64,000 bases of DNA from contig NW_024704742.1 of NCBI RefSeq assembly GCF_018977255.1, positions 21,702,001-21,766,000 on the forward strand. The letters are read 5' to 3'. The stretch's first letter is position 1. Every line of letters starts with the position of its first letter. The notes under the pieces were generated by a model that was not told the DNA's origin, did no database searches, and was given only the letters and a program-made list of their open reading frames with translations. A program made the translations under genes and the position numbers. Of this stretch, positions 12,916-26,079 are shown in pieces. Source of the DNA: Callorhinchus milii. Taxonomy: Eukaryota.

Positions 12916-14583
12916 ACAAGTACAAAAACAAGTGCAATACTAAAAATGCTAAAGGGGAGGGAGGCATGAGGGGGTGAATGAGTGTGGGAGAACATGAAAG
13001 AGCATGTTAGAAACAACCAAAACAACTGTCCTGAAACTGACTTGGTACCCTAATGTACTGGAGTGATACAGCCTGTTGGCTGAAATTTTAAACACCTTCT
13101 TCTACAATCTAAACATTTCCATTAGGTGGTACATCAGTTTACATACTGGTTTATGGTCTCCAAATGGATACATCAGTAACCGCTGCTTTCTATCAGCTTT
13201 CCCACACAATTGTACATGATTATTATTATTGTTATTGCTTTTCGCTTTGCCATTCAATGCTTCAGTACATGTAATTTTTACAACGCATCCATTTAAATCT
13301 TCACATCTGCTTATGAAACATTTTGAACAGATATTTGTTTGTGGAAGGAGACAAGGCGGAAGGCCCATACATGATTATGATGATAATGTTGTTATGCACC
13401 AAGATGTGAATTGATGCCAAGTGGCCTTCCTTATCCAAACCTCTCTTGTGATCCTTCGATATCATTGTTCTTTGTGGCTGTAAACAAATGAGGCAACATT
13501 TTTCATTTTTTTTCATTGACAAAGGCTTCCTTTTAAAGCATAATGTTCTTTTACAACAAAGAATCGAAAACATTATGAAGTTTACTAGTGATTTGGTATT
13601 TTAATGTTCTACTTGCTTGTTGAAACTTCACAACTCCTCCCTGTCCCTTCCATCCATCAATTCCCATTTCACATAATAGGAAAGACTGGGTTAAAGGTTA
13701 AACCCAAATGCCTGTGATTGACTTTTAGGGATTATCAAACAAGGGCTGCCAAATGTGTCTATAAATGCTGATAATTCAAAGGGAAAATGGCCCTACTTCT
13801 ACTGTTTGATGCAGTATAAAACACCATTCATAGATTAATCTGAATGTTTCTATATGTGTAGAATTTTGCAGTACTCCTGGAGCAAATGCATTGAATCTGA
13901 ACCACTACATTTTGAAAATTTTAGATGCAATCGTACTGATTTGCTTCCTTTCGACAAAAGTAACTCACGATCAACAGTACAAGGCACATCCCAGTTTCAG
14001 TAGGGTGAGCATTGCAGCCATTTGAAATAGAATTTGCAAATTTCATCTCAGTGTTAAAGGTGGAAAAAAGTGATTTTCCAAAAACTTAATTGAAGACTTC
14101 TATTTAGGGCATTTAATTGTTGCCAAGAGCTAATTAAGTCAGGAGAGCTACATGTTTCCTTTGCCTCTGAGGCTTATGGAGGATGGGGGTATTTAATTAT
14201 GGGCTGTGTAGGGAGGCAGTCTGTTCATATAGTGCTCCTGCAGCTGCAGACAAGTGTCTGTATTAAGAAATGCTGTAATTGTAGCTTCCATTGTATTTTT
14301 CCTATTATCCATGATCTTAAAGACCAACGTAAAGACATTTCTCCCTGGGTGCTTTTGTATTTTAATAAACAACCGTTATCGAAAGTTTATTTTTTTCTTT
14401 TTCAAAAAAAAGGACTTTAAAAGTCCTTTAAAAAATAATGAACAAATCATTCTTTTGATTTTACTGATTGAATCAGTTCCATTTCTAAACTCTGGCAAAT
14501 TGCAGAGGTTTGACATAACACACTTCTCAGCCAAACAACATAAACATTTGCTAAACATTTGGTATTTCTTTATTTTTAAACAG

Positions 14584-14732
14584 ACCTTTATTCCCAGAAG
14601 AATGTAAGAGACCAGTGCAGCCTCCACAGCCAGTATCATCAGACTGCTCACGCCAATGTAGGAATGGGCATTGCACTCCTACAGGAAAATGTTGCTGTAC
14701 TCCAGGCTGGGAAGGAGAGTTCTGTAGAGTGG
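14584..14732 (+). CDS. HHIP: HHIP exon encoding EGF repeat 1
   Basis: Acceptor tttttaaacag|, donor G|gtcagt; 149 nt, phase 2 to 1. Encodes (R)PLFPEECKRPVQPPQPVSSDCSRQCRNGHCTPTGKCCCTPGWEGEFCRV, matching human RPLMPEECRATVQPAQTLTSECSRLCRNGYCTPTGKCCCSPGWEGDFCRT. Not in the ORF track. Confidence 0.95.
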
Positions 14733-16183
14733 GTCAGTAGTTTTTTTTTTGTTCTGCGCTTCAATAAAGTTTTTTAAAAATTGCAGATCAATTGCTTTGG
14801 ATTTTACTGTTGTAAAATTCACTTTTTTTGGCATCAAAACTTGTACGTGAGATTGAGTTATGCCTGTTATTTGATGTTTTATCACTTATTCTCCCAACGT
14901 CTCAAGTCTCTCTTCATAACTGAAGCTCCTCATCCCTCATAGCATCATAGTGAATCTTGTCTGCATGTTTTTCATTATTTTTCTTTTCTTCCTGTAACTT
15001 GGAGAAGTGGTGGGTATAGGACATATAATCCTATATTAAGTATTACATTAGTGAAACTAAAGGTACATTGAGGGTGTATTTCTAGTGTTAACTGGGATCC
15101 ACTGTTAAATTTTCTCAACAATTTGCATATATATATGTATATATAACACTTGTTCACATAAAACTAAACATCACCAAGCACTTCACAAAAATATGATTGA
15201 TAAGAAATGAAGTCAATGTTATATAGTCAAAGATACATAAGTTTTTCCATACACATTCCGAACAGAATCCATACAAAAAATGCTCTCTTTCTTGTCAATC
15301 GTCCTTTTGACCAAGTTGATAAAAAAAACAAGTTGTTTTTACAAATTGTGTGTTTCTGGCTTTAAAAATGAGTAAAGTGGAATTCCACTCTGATGTCCTC
15401 ACCTGACCATCTGCTCTCTCCCTTCTCTGGTCAAAAAGACCTCAGGATAGCCACGTGGGTGGTGCACAGGAAAGGGAAGTCATGCAGTGCTAGATGAATA
15501 TCTGTAGAAGGGACAGGTGTCCTACGCAAAACATCTATTAGTTTGCCTGACTTGCTCATGGCATCTGAAGGGCAATTCTAGCTTTTAAAAAAATGATAAG
15601 CGTCAACAAGTCCCTGTGTTTATGCTGTTTACTCGTAAATCAAAATCCTACATGGCCGATGTTTAAGATTTGGGATTCATTAATTGAACTGAACATTAAA
15701 AGTAAAACCAGTATTAAGGTAGTGAGAAGTTAAACCTTTTCTTTAATCCCAACCCGCAGCCATGTACCTCCCACTGCTGAAAGGGCAAGAGTAGCTTGCT
15801 CCCAGGCCACTACTCATGTACTTATAGACAGCTGTCAGGATGCATGCAAGGAGCCTGATGGAGATATCCTTTCAATTTCCCTCCCCCACCACAGAAACCT
15901 GTCTGGCCCATGCCCAGCCTTCCACACAGTGTAGATGAGATCAGGAGATTCGGGGTTTGAAAACAACTCCCTTCACTCCAAATTAAAATGTGTCTATTAA
16001 GTTAACATCTATGTCCAACACAACACTGCAGTTTCCACACAAAAGTAAATCCTTCCAGAAGCAATGCTTTGTTATGTTGTTTAATTAATGCACATGCAGT
16101 AAATAAATTGTACAGAGTATCAAAACGCTCTGAGATAATAATATTTCTTCGATGTACTTAATGATTGTTCATTTCTTCAATAG

Positions 16184-16312
16184 CAAAGTGTGACCCTGTA
16201 TGCCGGCACGGAGGTGTGTGCGTGAGACCCAACAAATGTTTGTGTAAAGAAAGCTACACAGGAGCGCAGTGTGAGCAAGTTGATAGAAACATTCGAAGAG
16301 TGCCAAGGGCAG
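16184..16312 (+). CDS. HHIP: HHIP exon encoding EGF repeat 2 (ends at internal donor 16312, or reads through to TAG at 16365)
   Basis: Acceptor ttcttcaatag|. Encodes (A)KCDPVCRHGGVCVRPNKCLCKESYTGAQCEQVDRNIRRVPRA, matching human AKCEPACRHGGVCVRPNKCLCKKGYLGPQCEQVDRNIRRVTRA. CAG|gtattc donor at 16312/16313. Confidence 0.95.
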
Positions 16313-17926
16313 GTATTCAAACAAATATATTATTATACTTTTCAGCTTCCACTACTTGGTTTTAGCCTTTCTTGAGGCTATTTAACAAAGATGATGAAAT
16401 AATGCTAATAATTAAAAATAATTATCCATGATATTAATTATTTTGTTGCTCTCGTGGCCAGCATTTTGCTTTTAGGCTGTTTCTTGGCTAAGAAAAGGCT
16501 GAAAAATTTGACAAGCTCAGAAAGAAAAACGCCCTTTCCTGTCCTTCGGATCATGTTTTTTTTTCCAATTAATTTGGGAGTGAATTTCAGGCACAATAAG
16601 TGTGGAGACTTCCAGTTTGCAATCATTGAATTTTCACCTCCAATTTCAAGAAAAGACAGGCTAAGAGTGAAGCCAATTGAAAATAACGGGTTGAAGAAAA
16701 TGCATGTTTTAGGAATTGAAAGAGAAAAGATCATCACTGTCATGGATGATGCAGCTAAACAAGTGTAAATTATTTACACTGAGCAATCTGAAGAAACATG
16801 AAGAATTTAGAGTTTAATCACCAGCAAAGAAGTTGATAGAGTCAGACAATGATTGGAGAATGTCATTGATGTGGTTGACTAAGCTGGATGAGAGAAAAGA
16901 GCACTGAGGGATGTAGTGAGTTGATGGGAAAAGGAGACAAAGGTATAGGCTACAACTACAGTTCAAGATAGACCATTTTCAAAGGAAACTGAATATAACT
17001 TTGAAAGGTGGCTATAAAATGGTACCTTATCTAGGAGGGCATTGTGCCAAACCTTGTCAACAACAACAACAAAATGCATTTATATAGTCAACGGCTTTGG
17101 AGATATTCGATGAAATAACAAATAAGGAACTCAGAGAATGCAAGGACTGTGCAAGGAGAAAACTTGTGCAAATTTAGAAAGACTCTGCTCAAACATTCAC
17201 AACTGAGCATATATACATAAACATTTATTTTGTGTTGAACCATCACTCACTCCAGCAACATGAATGCTCTTCAGCAGTAAATATTTTCCATGTCTTCCAT
17301 ATGTATTTGTTTGCAAATGTAAATTCAGTATAACATTGCTCCTGGATCAAGAACTTCACTCTCTATTGAAATGTTAGTGAATGATTAGTTTTAGGCCCAA
17401 ACTTGGCTAAAAAATATACAAGTCAACTGCAGAGACATTGAATTGAGCTTTCCCATCTTTTCTTTTATTGTAACAAAGTAGACCTTACATACAGCAAAAA
17501 TGTAATTAAAAGACACCCCAAGCAAACCACAGTCATAATATCAGAGGATGTCACATTTGCTGGGAAAAGCCATCAGGGTAGCAAGAAAGGAAAATAAACG
17601 ATCATGATCTTCATCGCAGAGACGAACACATCACATTTCACCCGCAGAATATACAGTAAATTCACTTTACAGTATATTCTGTGCAGGGCTTTGAGGTGTC
17701 TCAAAAACGTGATAAGGCACTATATCTAATGCAGAGATCATTATTATTATGACTATTAACAGATAAAGGAATCATTCTTTCAAAGGTGCTGAGTGCCGAT
17801 ATAAACTTTATTTTAAATCATGTATTGGTCATATTTCATTTGTCCTGGTCATACATGATGATGGGTTTTTTTTCTTTTTCGCCTTGTCTTTAATCAGAAC
17901 ACATTTTTAATTTCTTTACTTGACAG

Positions 17927-18135
17927 CAGTCTGCCAGCAGCCCAGAAAGAATGGGAACTGCAACTCTCCTACATGGCAATGGTTCTTTAATGCGGAGGGC
18001 AGACAGTGTGAACAGTTTCTCTATAGTGGCTGCCAGGGGAACAAGAACAGATTCAACACGCGAGAGGAGTGTGAGCAGACATGCTTACCAAGAAGCAAAG
18101 AAGCCACAGAACTGATGCAGCAGGTGGATAAATGA
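17927..18135 (+). CDS. HHIP: Terminal exon encoding a Kunitz/BPTI domain, in frame with HHIP
   Basis: Pyrimidine tract plus tgacag| acceptor. (A)VCQQPRKNGNCNSPTWQWFFNAEGRQCEQFLYSGCQGNKNRFNTREECEQTCLPRSKEATELMQQVDK* has Kunitz spacing C-x8-C-x15-C-x7-C-x12-C-x3-C and the F-x-Y-x-GC-x-GN-x-N-x-F motif. Phase 1 matches the HHIP donor. The domain call is near certain; linkage to HHIP is inferred. Confidence 0.8.
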
Positions 18136-19160
18136 ACTCTCGAGAAGCCACGTTTCAGTTTGTTCCACACTGAGGAACAGAACAAATACCCTTCAAGATA
18201 ATTTTTACTTTTTGATGTATATTTTACATGAGACTAAAAGATTTTTTTTTAAAAAACTCAAAGATGGGAAAACAGGTTATTTCAGGTTTTTATAGTCTAA
18301 CCTTAAATTTATTTTTAAATGATGTGTAATATCTGAAATGAGATTTTTAGAAACTGGCAATATCTAAGGAAAAATGCTCAGAAAAAAAGCATGAAGTCAA
18401 TACTGGTCTGTCATTCATCGGATTCTAATTGGTGTACGTAGATTACAAAAAAGACATTTAAATGTATAATTTCTTTTAAAATTTAATATATTGTTTATGT
18501 AAATGCATGCGTAAGGCCCTCAAGAATGCAGTATTATACTGTGACCATTGAGCTGATAAATTGTATTTTTAAACATAACCTGTTATGTACTGTATCACAT
18601 CTGTTATTACACTATATGTAAACGGCAGCAAATATGCTAAAGTATATTTTTATTACAATAACTGCAAAAATGCTTGACCACTGACAGTGCTCTTGAACGT
18701 TTATGGCTCATTTTATGGGGCGTTAAGTAGACGTTCATTCAGCTGTAATCTTGTGATGGGGCTGGGGTTGGCGTGGGGGGTGGGAGGAGGAGGGATAGGT
18801 ATTTTGAATATACATTTGACAAAGGAACCATTGGTGCCTAGTAATGCTAAACTTTTGTCAGGACCACCAGTCAACAGGTTATTACAACCATTTCTTGAAT
18901 GCTTGAAATCTCATACTGCTGCTGGAAAGATAAATTTTGTTGTGTTTTTTTTTCTGTCCCTCTCCTCATCCATTTCAGCAAACCTCAGCTAAACCAATCT
19001 GCTAAGAAAAGAAAATCCTTTCCCCTGTGCAAACATACGGCCATGTAATAGATATGACCTTTACCCGTGCAGTATTCCATCTCCCATGCCTCTCTGAAGC
19101 CTCTTTGAATTTATTGTGTATAATTCAGCACTTAAATACAACAATTTAAATGTGAAGTTG

Positions 19161-19166
19161 AATAAA
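19161..19166 (+). terminator. Candidate polyadenylation signal for the HHIP-Kunitz transcript
   Basis: AATAAA about 1 kb after the Kunitz stop, in an AT-rich, repeat-poor 3'UTR-like stretch; ATTAAA also at 19236. Confidence 0.35.
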
Positions 19167-20249
19167 GGACAGAAAAAGAAACAAGTTATGTACGGTTAGG
19201 TGAGACATTTGTTTGATATAGTTATGCGAAGAACTATTAAATGTTTTGTGTCAGATTTGTTTCCACACATCATCGGTATCCTCTTTGCCAGTATTCCCTT
19301 TGTCAGTTTCAGGTCAGGTCGAGCACCTCTGTAGAGATGGATTGACTGGTACTGTATTGTAGACAATTACTAAAGCAGGTTTATTACTGCATTAAAATAC
19401 ACTTTACTTTAAATAACAAGTGGTCATGAGAAAATTGTTTTTATTTGGGAAAAGAAACCTACAGTAATTCTAAAGGAAGATTAAATTATAGAAATGTTTA
19501 ACAGCAGAGGACAACCAAAAATAACCTCCATAACTTCAATGTGTAAATCTTCAATGTTACGGATGCTGTTGACTATTGCTAATGGCACAACATAAAGAAA
19601 GTTCAATAGAAGGTGAAAGATTTGGAGTCTGTTTGGAATTCAGCTTCTTATTCTTAATTTCACTTGTTAAGTATTATACAGAGAGTTGTTAGGATGTGGA
19701 TTGAACTACCTGATGCAATAGTCAAGGTAGGATGTATGTTAGCTTTTCAAGAGGGAACTGTATAGATAAAATGTAGTAATGGGAAAAGAGGTAAAGGAGA
19801 CTGAATGAAAAGAGCCAGCACTGACACAACAGGATCAATGGAGTTCCTCGGTGCTGTGAATTTCAATGGTTCTACTCGAAGTCTGTTACCATTTAGACCA
19901 GTAGTTAAGGAATTGCAGGTGAATGTTAAGCACTAGCAAAGTATAGAACAGTTCCAGTAATCAAAATGGATTGGAAAAGTTTATTTTTTAAAATAACAAC
20001 TTACCGCTGATCACATTGAATTAAATTTTTTATTATAAGCAAACAAGTGAATCCAGCCATTTGTGCTGACTTTTTTCTCACAGTAATTATTTTAGTCACA
20101 GAAGACATTAAGTAAGGGGAAAGTGCTCTCCTAGTAAATGCTGTTCTCAAGTAACAGCGGTCTTGAAAATATGGTATAAAAAGTCGTACTTGAATAATGT
20201 GGAGGCCTACGTGAAGGCCGTTATATAAATGCAAGTTGTTGTTATTGTA

Positions 20250-20860
20250 ATAACATAAGAACATAAGAAATGCTACATGAAAAAAGACCAAGGTCCATCT
20301 AGTTCATCTTCCACCTTCCTGGCAGTTGCATGCACATATGTCCCAACTACCTATGTACCATATATCCCACCATGTTATTTCCTAAAAGAAAACTGTCTAA
20401 TCTGTGTTTGAAAGAATCAACAATTCCTTCTTCAACAGTCTCCCTATTCACTCACTGAAATAGTATTTGCGTAGATTCGTTTTGAATTTACCCCTCTTCA
20501 GTCACAGGTTTTACTATTTTACTATTCTGGACAAGTTGAAACAGTCTGTCATGATCTATATTGTTTTGCCCCTTTAGAATCTTAAAGACAGCAGTCATGT
20601 CACCTCTCAATCTTCTCTTTTCCAGTGTGAAAATGCCCAATTTACTTAGTCGCTTCTCATAGTCCAGTCCTTCCATTCCCTCAATCATTTTGGTTGCCCT
20701 CCTTTGTATCTTCTCCATTTCTCCAATATCCTTTTTTTACTGTGGCAGCGACCAGAACTGTACACAGTACTCAAAGTATGGTCTCACCAATGATTTATAC
20801 AGCGGCAGGAATACCTCACTATTTCGGCTTGTTATTGATCTTTTGATACATCCCAACATC
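20250..20860 (-). mobile_element. CR1 LINE 3' fragment
   Basis: MEKIQRRATKMIEGMEGLDYEKRLSKLGIFTLEKRRLRGDMTAVFKILKG, with a TTCTTATG-repeat tail. Confidence 0.95.
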
Positions 20861-21099
20861 TATTGTAGGGATGTATCAACTGACTATTGTAGTCAGTTAT
20901 TATTGGCACAAAGTATTCATGAACAAAATCTAAACTTATCCAACCTCTGGATTATCATACTCAGACCATGACAGGAGGAGTTAATGGTCCTACCTCGCAA
21001 AAGGTGTCAAAGACAATGATCTAAGTAATGATGTGAGACAAAAATTCACAGCGGTGAGCAAGATGCAGTTACGAGCTTGTGGATCAAACACCATAAACA

Positions 21100-21334
21100 A
21101 TAATAATAATCCTAATTATTATTAATAATTAATAATTTGATATAGCACCTTACCACGTCATTGATACGCCTCAAAGCACTTCATAGAATATATTGTAAAG
21201 TGTGTATTTTTTGGGCAAAACGTGGTAGCCAATTACGCACAGCAGTGTCCCACAAACAGTCGTGGATTGAGGTTTCATCCTGTCCGGGAATCAAACCCAG
21301 GACCTCTCGCTTGCGAGGTGAGTGCTCTAACCAC
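21100..21334 (-). mobile_element. tRNA-derived SINE, internally deleted
   Basis: Head AGTGGTTAGAGCACTCACCTCGCAAGCGAGAGG on minus strand joined directly to the 3' body. Confidence 0.75.
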
Positions 21335-24300
21335 TCTTTCGTTTCAGTATCACCTCCCACCCGCTGTGTTTGCCTCACTGCCATTAGATTCAGCAGCAAA
21401 CTGAGAGGCAATGGAAAAGTGTGCCTATAATGATCACCAATGGGTGCCTCAACAAGCTCAATATTCCATTTGCTCCACAGCTATGGAGTGATGAATTTTG
21501 ATCTGGTCGTGGAAGAAAAGCAAAGTTGTAAAATTCCCATTGATGGTTGGTAATTCTGGCAAAACAAGGAGATTTTTCAAGGGGAGCTGACAAGTTCCCA
21601 AGGATGCACTTGAGAAAAAAAATCTCCAAAAAAATTATGAGGACAGGGAATTCTTTATGCAAAACATGGCGCAGATTTAAGGAAGTCCAGAAGAAGTAAT
21701 ACATTCTTGAGGATTGCTAATGGATGAGTTGAAAGTTTTTTTTTAATAAACACGGCGATAACCTATTTGAAATGCCAAATGTTTATAATTGATGGCAAAC
21801 GTCTGCAAAATCACCACACATTTGGAAGCCTTAAACATACCCACACCTTGATGCTCAAAACCTCAACATCCCCATGCAGCCTATGCAGAAGATAAAGGTT
21901 TTTATCTGCCTTTATCTGGCAGAGAAAACAAAACATGGACCATATATATTAGGAGCAGACTGTCAATATTCACATTTTAATAGCTCCCAAAATAATGATG
22001 TTGCCCTATTATTCCCCTATTTTAACATGCTGTGGATTCTCAGAATTATTGCGTGCTTTCATATCTTTCGTACAGTGAATGCTAAATCCATGGCCAACAT
22101 GTACCCGATGGATATAAAGGCCCCCAGATCTATAGAACTGTAGGTAAGCAGTGAACACTGAACTAATCAGTGTGCATTGCAATGGTGGCACACTTCCAAA
22201 ATGATGTAAGGAATTAAATTAAATTAAATTGGCACAGCATGACTGCCATTTTCATTTATGCATTCATGTTTCCATTGCACTAACGTAGCTGTTATTTTCT
22301 TTGGCAAGCTAAATTAGCGTATAATAACCCCAGCGGAAGACGTACAGAAGGATGCCCACTCTCCCCATTTAAAAGTGTTGACAGCTCACAGGGAAAGCTT
22401 GCCCCTTCCTCTGCTTTAACGAAGAGAGCTTCGAGGGAAAGCAGAGTTAAGATAGGTGAGGGGATCCAACGTTCGGTGCATGATGCTAACGTGAATGAGA
22501 GGAGCATTAAAATTAAGAATTGTGATAAGGAGCTAAGTGCCCAGTCAGTGGAATTTCCTCCACAGGTTGATTTGCAAACGAACTGAACATTGCATGAAAT
22601 CATTCACAACAAATGGGTATCCCCACACTCCACTGGATGAAATAATCTAACAGACTGAAATTGAAAACCTGAAAGGAAACTAAAGCTCCAGGCTCTGCTT
22701 TCTGTGTTTTCCAGAATAAGTAACGCATGCATGCACCTGAATCATTGACGTATGTAACTACAATAGGTCAATCACCTCCCCACAGAGAGTGAGAAAACTG
22801 GCCTGCTAGTCAATTCTTGCATGCCTCCTGGTGGCTGATTCAGGAATAACTTTGTCGTACGTGTGGCTGAGAAATGGTTGATTCTACAAGGGGTAGAAAG
22901 AGAGAATTAAATGAAAAGCATTTTTTTTACAATGGAACACAAGAAAGCTATTAATGCAGGAACTCCCTGCGAGCCCTTTGGTATACAATACAGCTCGGCG
23001 TGAAATTCGTAAGACTCTTAATAATCCTCATGGGGTGTACAGTAAAGTGCAGTGACTGCGTATTTGTCGGCAAACACGGAAGCAAATTTACACACAGGAA
23101 TATCTCACAAACAGCCATGAATTGAATGACTAATTTTATGTTGAGGATTGTTGGCCAGGACACTGGGAGAAACACTCCTCTCTTTTCGAATAATAATAAC
23201 AATCCTTCATTTGCTACAGTGCCTTTCACTTCGGGAGGACGTCCCAAAAGTGCTTCACAGGATTTACTGGGCTTTGTGGATGAATGTGGCAGCCAATTTG
23301 CACATAGCAATCTCCCACAAACAGCGGTGAAGCAAAAGACCAATTTTATTATATGGGGGGAAATTGTTAGACAAGATCTTAAATGTTTCCAAGTACTGAC
23401 TTACCAGCCAGTGGAATTCTGAAATCTGCAAGTATTTCTCTGCTGTGAGCAGTCAGAGATATTATTACTGTATTCAAATGTTCAGGTAGCTTGGTAACAT
23501 CAGACAAATTTAGATTCCCAGAATTGCTCACCACTAAGTGCTTTATGAACAGTATGAACAGCAAGAGACTCAGAATCAATTTCTGGAGAACTCCATTGGT
23601 CCCTGCTCCAGACTGAGCTGTTTCCATTCCTCATTGCACTTCATTGCCTACCACAGAGCCATTATTTCAATGTAACCAATTAATTTGATATTAATTCCCT
23701 GTTTCAATCAACTTTGAAATGAGGAACGCTATCAAATGCTTTGTGCACTCTATGTAAATTTAAACAGTTTAGATTGGGAATAATGATCCCTGCATTTACA
23801 TTTTAAGGAGTGCCCTGTTTGCCCAGCTAAAGTGAAAACTTGGGTCGTCAGGTTAACAGCGAACATTATGTATTTTGTTTTAAGGACAGGAATGAACTAT
23901 GCACTGAAATTTTGCAAGTGCACTTTGGGAGGTTTAGTGAGACCATAAAAACATCTGTGACTTGTAACTTGGGCTACTGTGATACAACATTTTAAAAGAA
24001 AATAATTGCATGAATGTTATCAGAGGTCCACCTCTGCATCCATAACATCGATTTCACCAAATAATATTTTGAAACCTAGCAGCAGTGTTCCTGTATATAG
24101 AACGCATACAAATTGTATAAGGTTTGGATTTGCATTCTGAATTAATGTGCATTATTCTGGGGATGTATCCTCTTAGACTTAAATCGTGGTGGACTGTAAT
24201 TCGTGGTTGAATTACAGGCCTAATTGGGAACACATAAAGATGTTGAGTTAGCTTCTGCTGCAGCCAATTACCATACCTATTCAGTGCATCCCAATGAGAG

Positions 24301-26079
24301 TCGCTCTTAAATCTCCTTAATCGGATGCTACAACAGCCCATTGATTCTGAAACCTCCAGTCTGTTACACTACAGCTGAGATTAACTGTAGTGCTGCACTG
24401 CAGCAACCTCTTTGTTCCCAGCTCTGATTTATTTGGCTCTGTGATGGTGCAGCCACAGTCTGCTCTCCACCACAGTCGATAAATTCCCGAGGCTTGACTT
24501 TATTATCTGCCGGCATACACATATACCTCCAGCGCAAGCCACAAGTGCCCAGCATAAGAGGCACTCAAATCTTTAGGGCAAATATTTAGTATTAAAATAT
24601 TGCCTGAGGCGCCTGCAGTCCATCACACCACTGTGGTCCTAACTTTATCCGTGTGGGAGGCGTCGGGAGGCAGCAATAGGCTTCTACACATGGGCAAGGA
24701 AAATCAATGGGAAAGTCTTGAGCAGACACTTTTTACGTGGCAATATAGTCAACAACTGGATAAAAGGAGGCAGTTGTGGAGGACACAGAGAACGTGATGA
24801 GGCATTAGCTGCTTATTTCGTAACTTCTCGCCAATTATTTTGATTTTGTTTCTTCCTCTTCTGCCGTTTCCCATTCTGTTCGAGACTCTTAATGACATGC
24901 AAGGCACTATATAAGTTCAAGTCGTTGATTGTTCCTTTGTTTCTCTGCTTCTCATCTCCACTTCATTCTTTATCTTCTATTTCATTACTTACTCCTGAGT
25001 CCCCACTGCCTTGGACCCTGAGAATAAACAGCGCAATTTTCACAATGCAACAAATAGCTGGTTAACCAGCTGGTCTTAGAAAATATAATTATCTTTAAAA
25101 TCATTGAGAATCTTAGTGAGTTTTCTGCTCTACAATAGGAATCTCGCAGACATGGCAATGTTGGCAAGTCATGGCTAAATTAAAAATTTTCAATGATGAT
25201 CCTGTCAAAACTGGAAACCACCATAGAAAACAGAGACATGACAATGGGTTATGGGTCAATGGGACATGATAATGCATGAGTTGGAGTGCAACTATTAGAG
25301 GAAATAAAGAGATATGCACAGTTAATAGAGAAATCTGGATGAAGAAGGCACCTTCATCCCATTTGAGCTACTATTTTGGATTTGTTTTCTGAAAGGATTA
25401 ATGCAGCTTATTTGTGAAATTTGGGTGCAAAGTTTGACATGNTTTTTTAAGTCACCAACGCAAAACTTCTATCCTGCGAATGAGTGAAGTCCACATTTTT
25501 ACTTATCTCCCAACCAAAAGCTGATAAGAATCTCTTTGGAACTGAACTCACATAGACAAACAATCAGACTCACAAAGCAGTTCAAAGAGAGATCTTTTAC
25601 AGCTTTATCACTAACCAGTGCGTGTTAGGCAAAATTCTCCGCATAGTGGAGACCTAATGGTCCTTGGGGGGAGGCACAAACATGGAGCGCAGACAATAAA
25701 GGTAACTATAAAGAATTGCAGAGGCTCCTCTGCTTAAATAGTGCTGTGAAAATGCTTCTCGCAGTCATGCACACAAGCTTCCATAAAACCTATTCAGGAC
25801 TCCTTAATGGTGAAGGTGCAGTGTTCTCATACAATTCATTCCCCACTCTTCATGTTCTAAGGTTATAAAAAGTTTTCACTGTAATAAATAGCCCTCCTGA
25901 ATCTCAGCTCCTGCGCCTGATTGCTTTGATAAAAATAGTGCAACATTGATCAGTCTGCCTGAAGACAGTGATGGGTCTGAGAGATAGATTCTGGTATGGG
26001 CAAAGGAATCCTGTGTCCTATTGTCCTCAATTTATTTCTCACCCCACAGAGCTACAACAATGCAGCACATCTCCAACCT

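Noticed and set aside
13301..13573. DKEGHLASIHILVHNNIIIIIMYGPS as a LINE endonuclease fragment
   Set aside because: The resemblance is weak with no supporting motifs nearby; it cannot be supported without a search.
17920..18135. Stand-alone Kunitz gene starting at the TTG given in the ORF track
   Set aside because: There is no ATG or signal peptide, and a pyrimidine tract plus AG marks it as a spliced exon.
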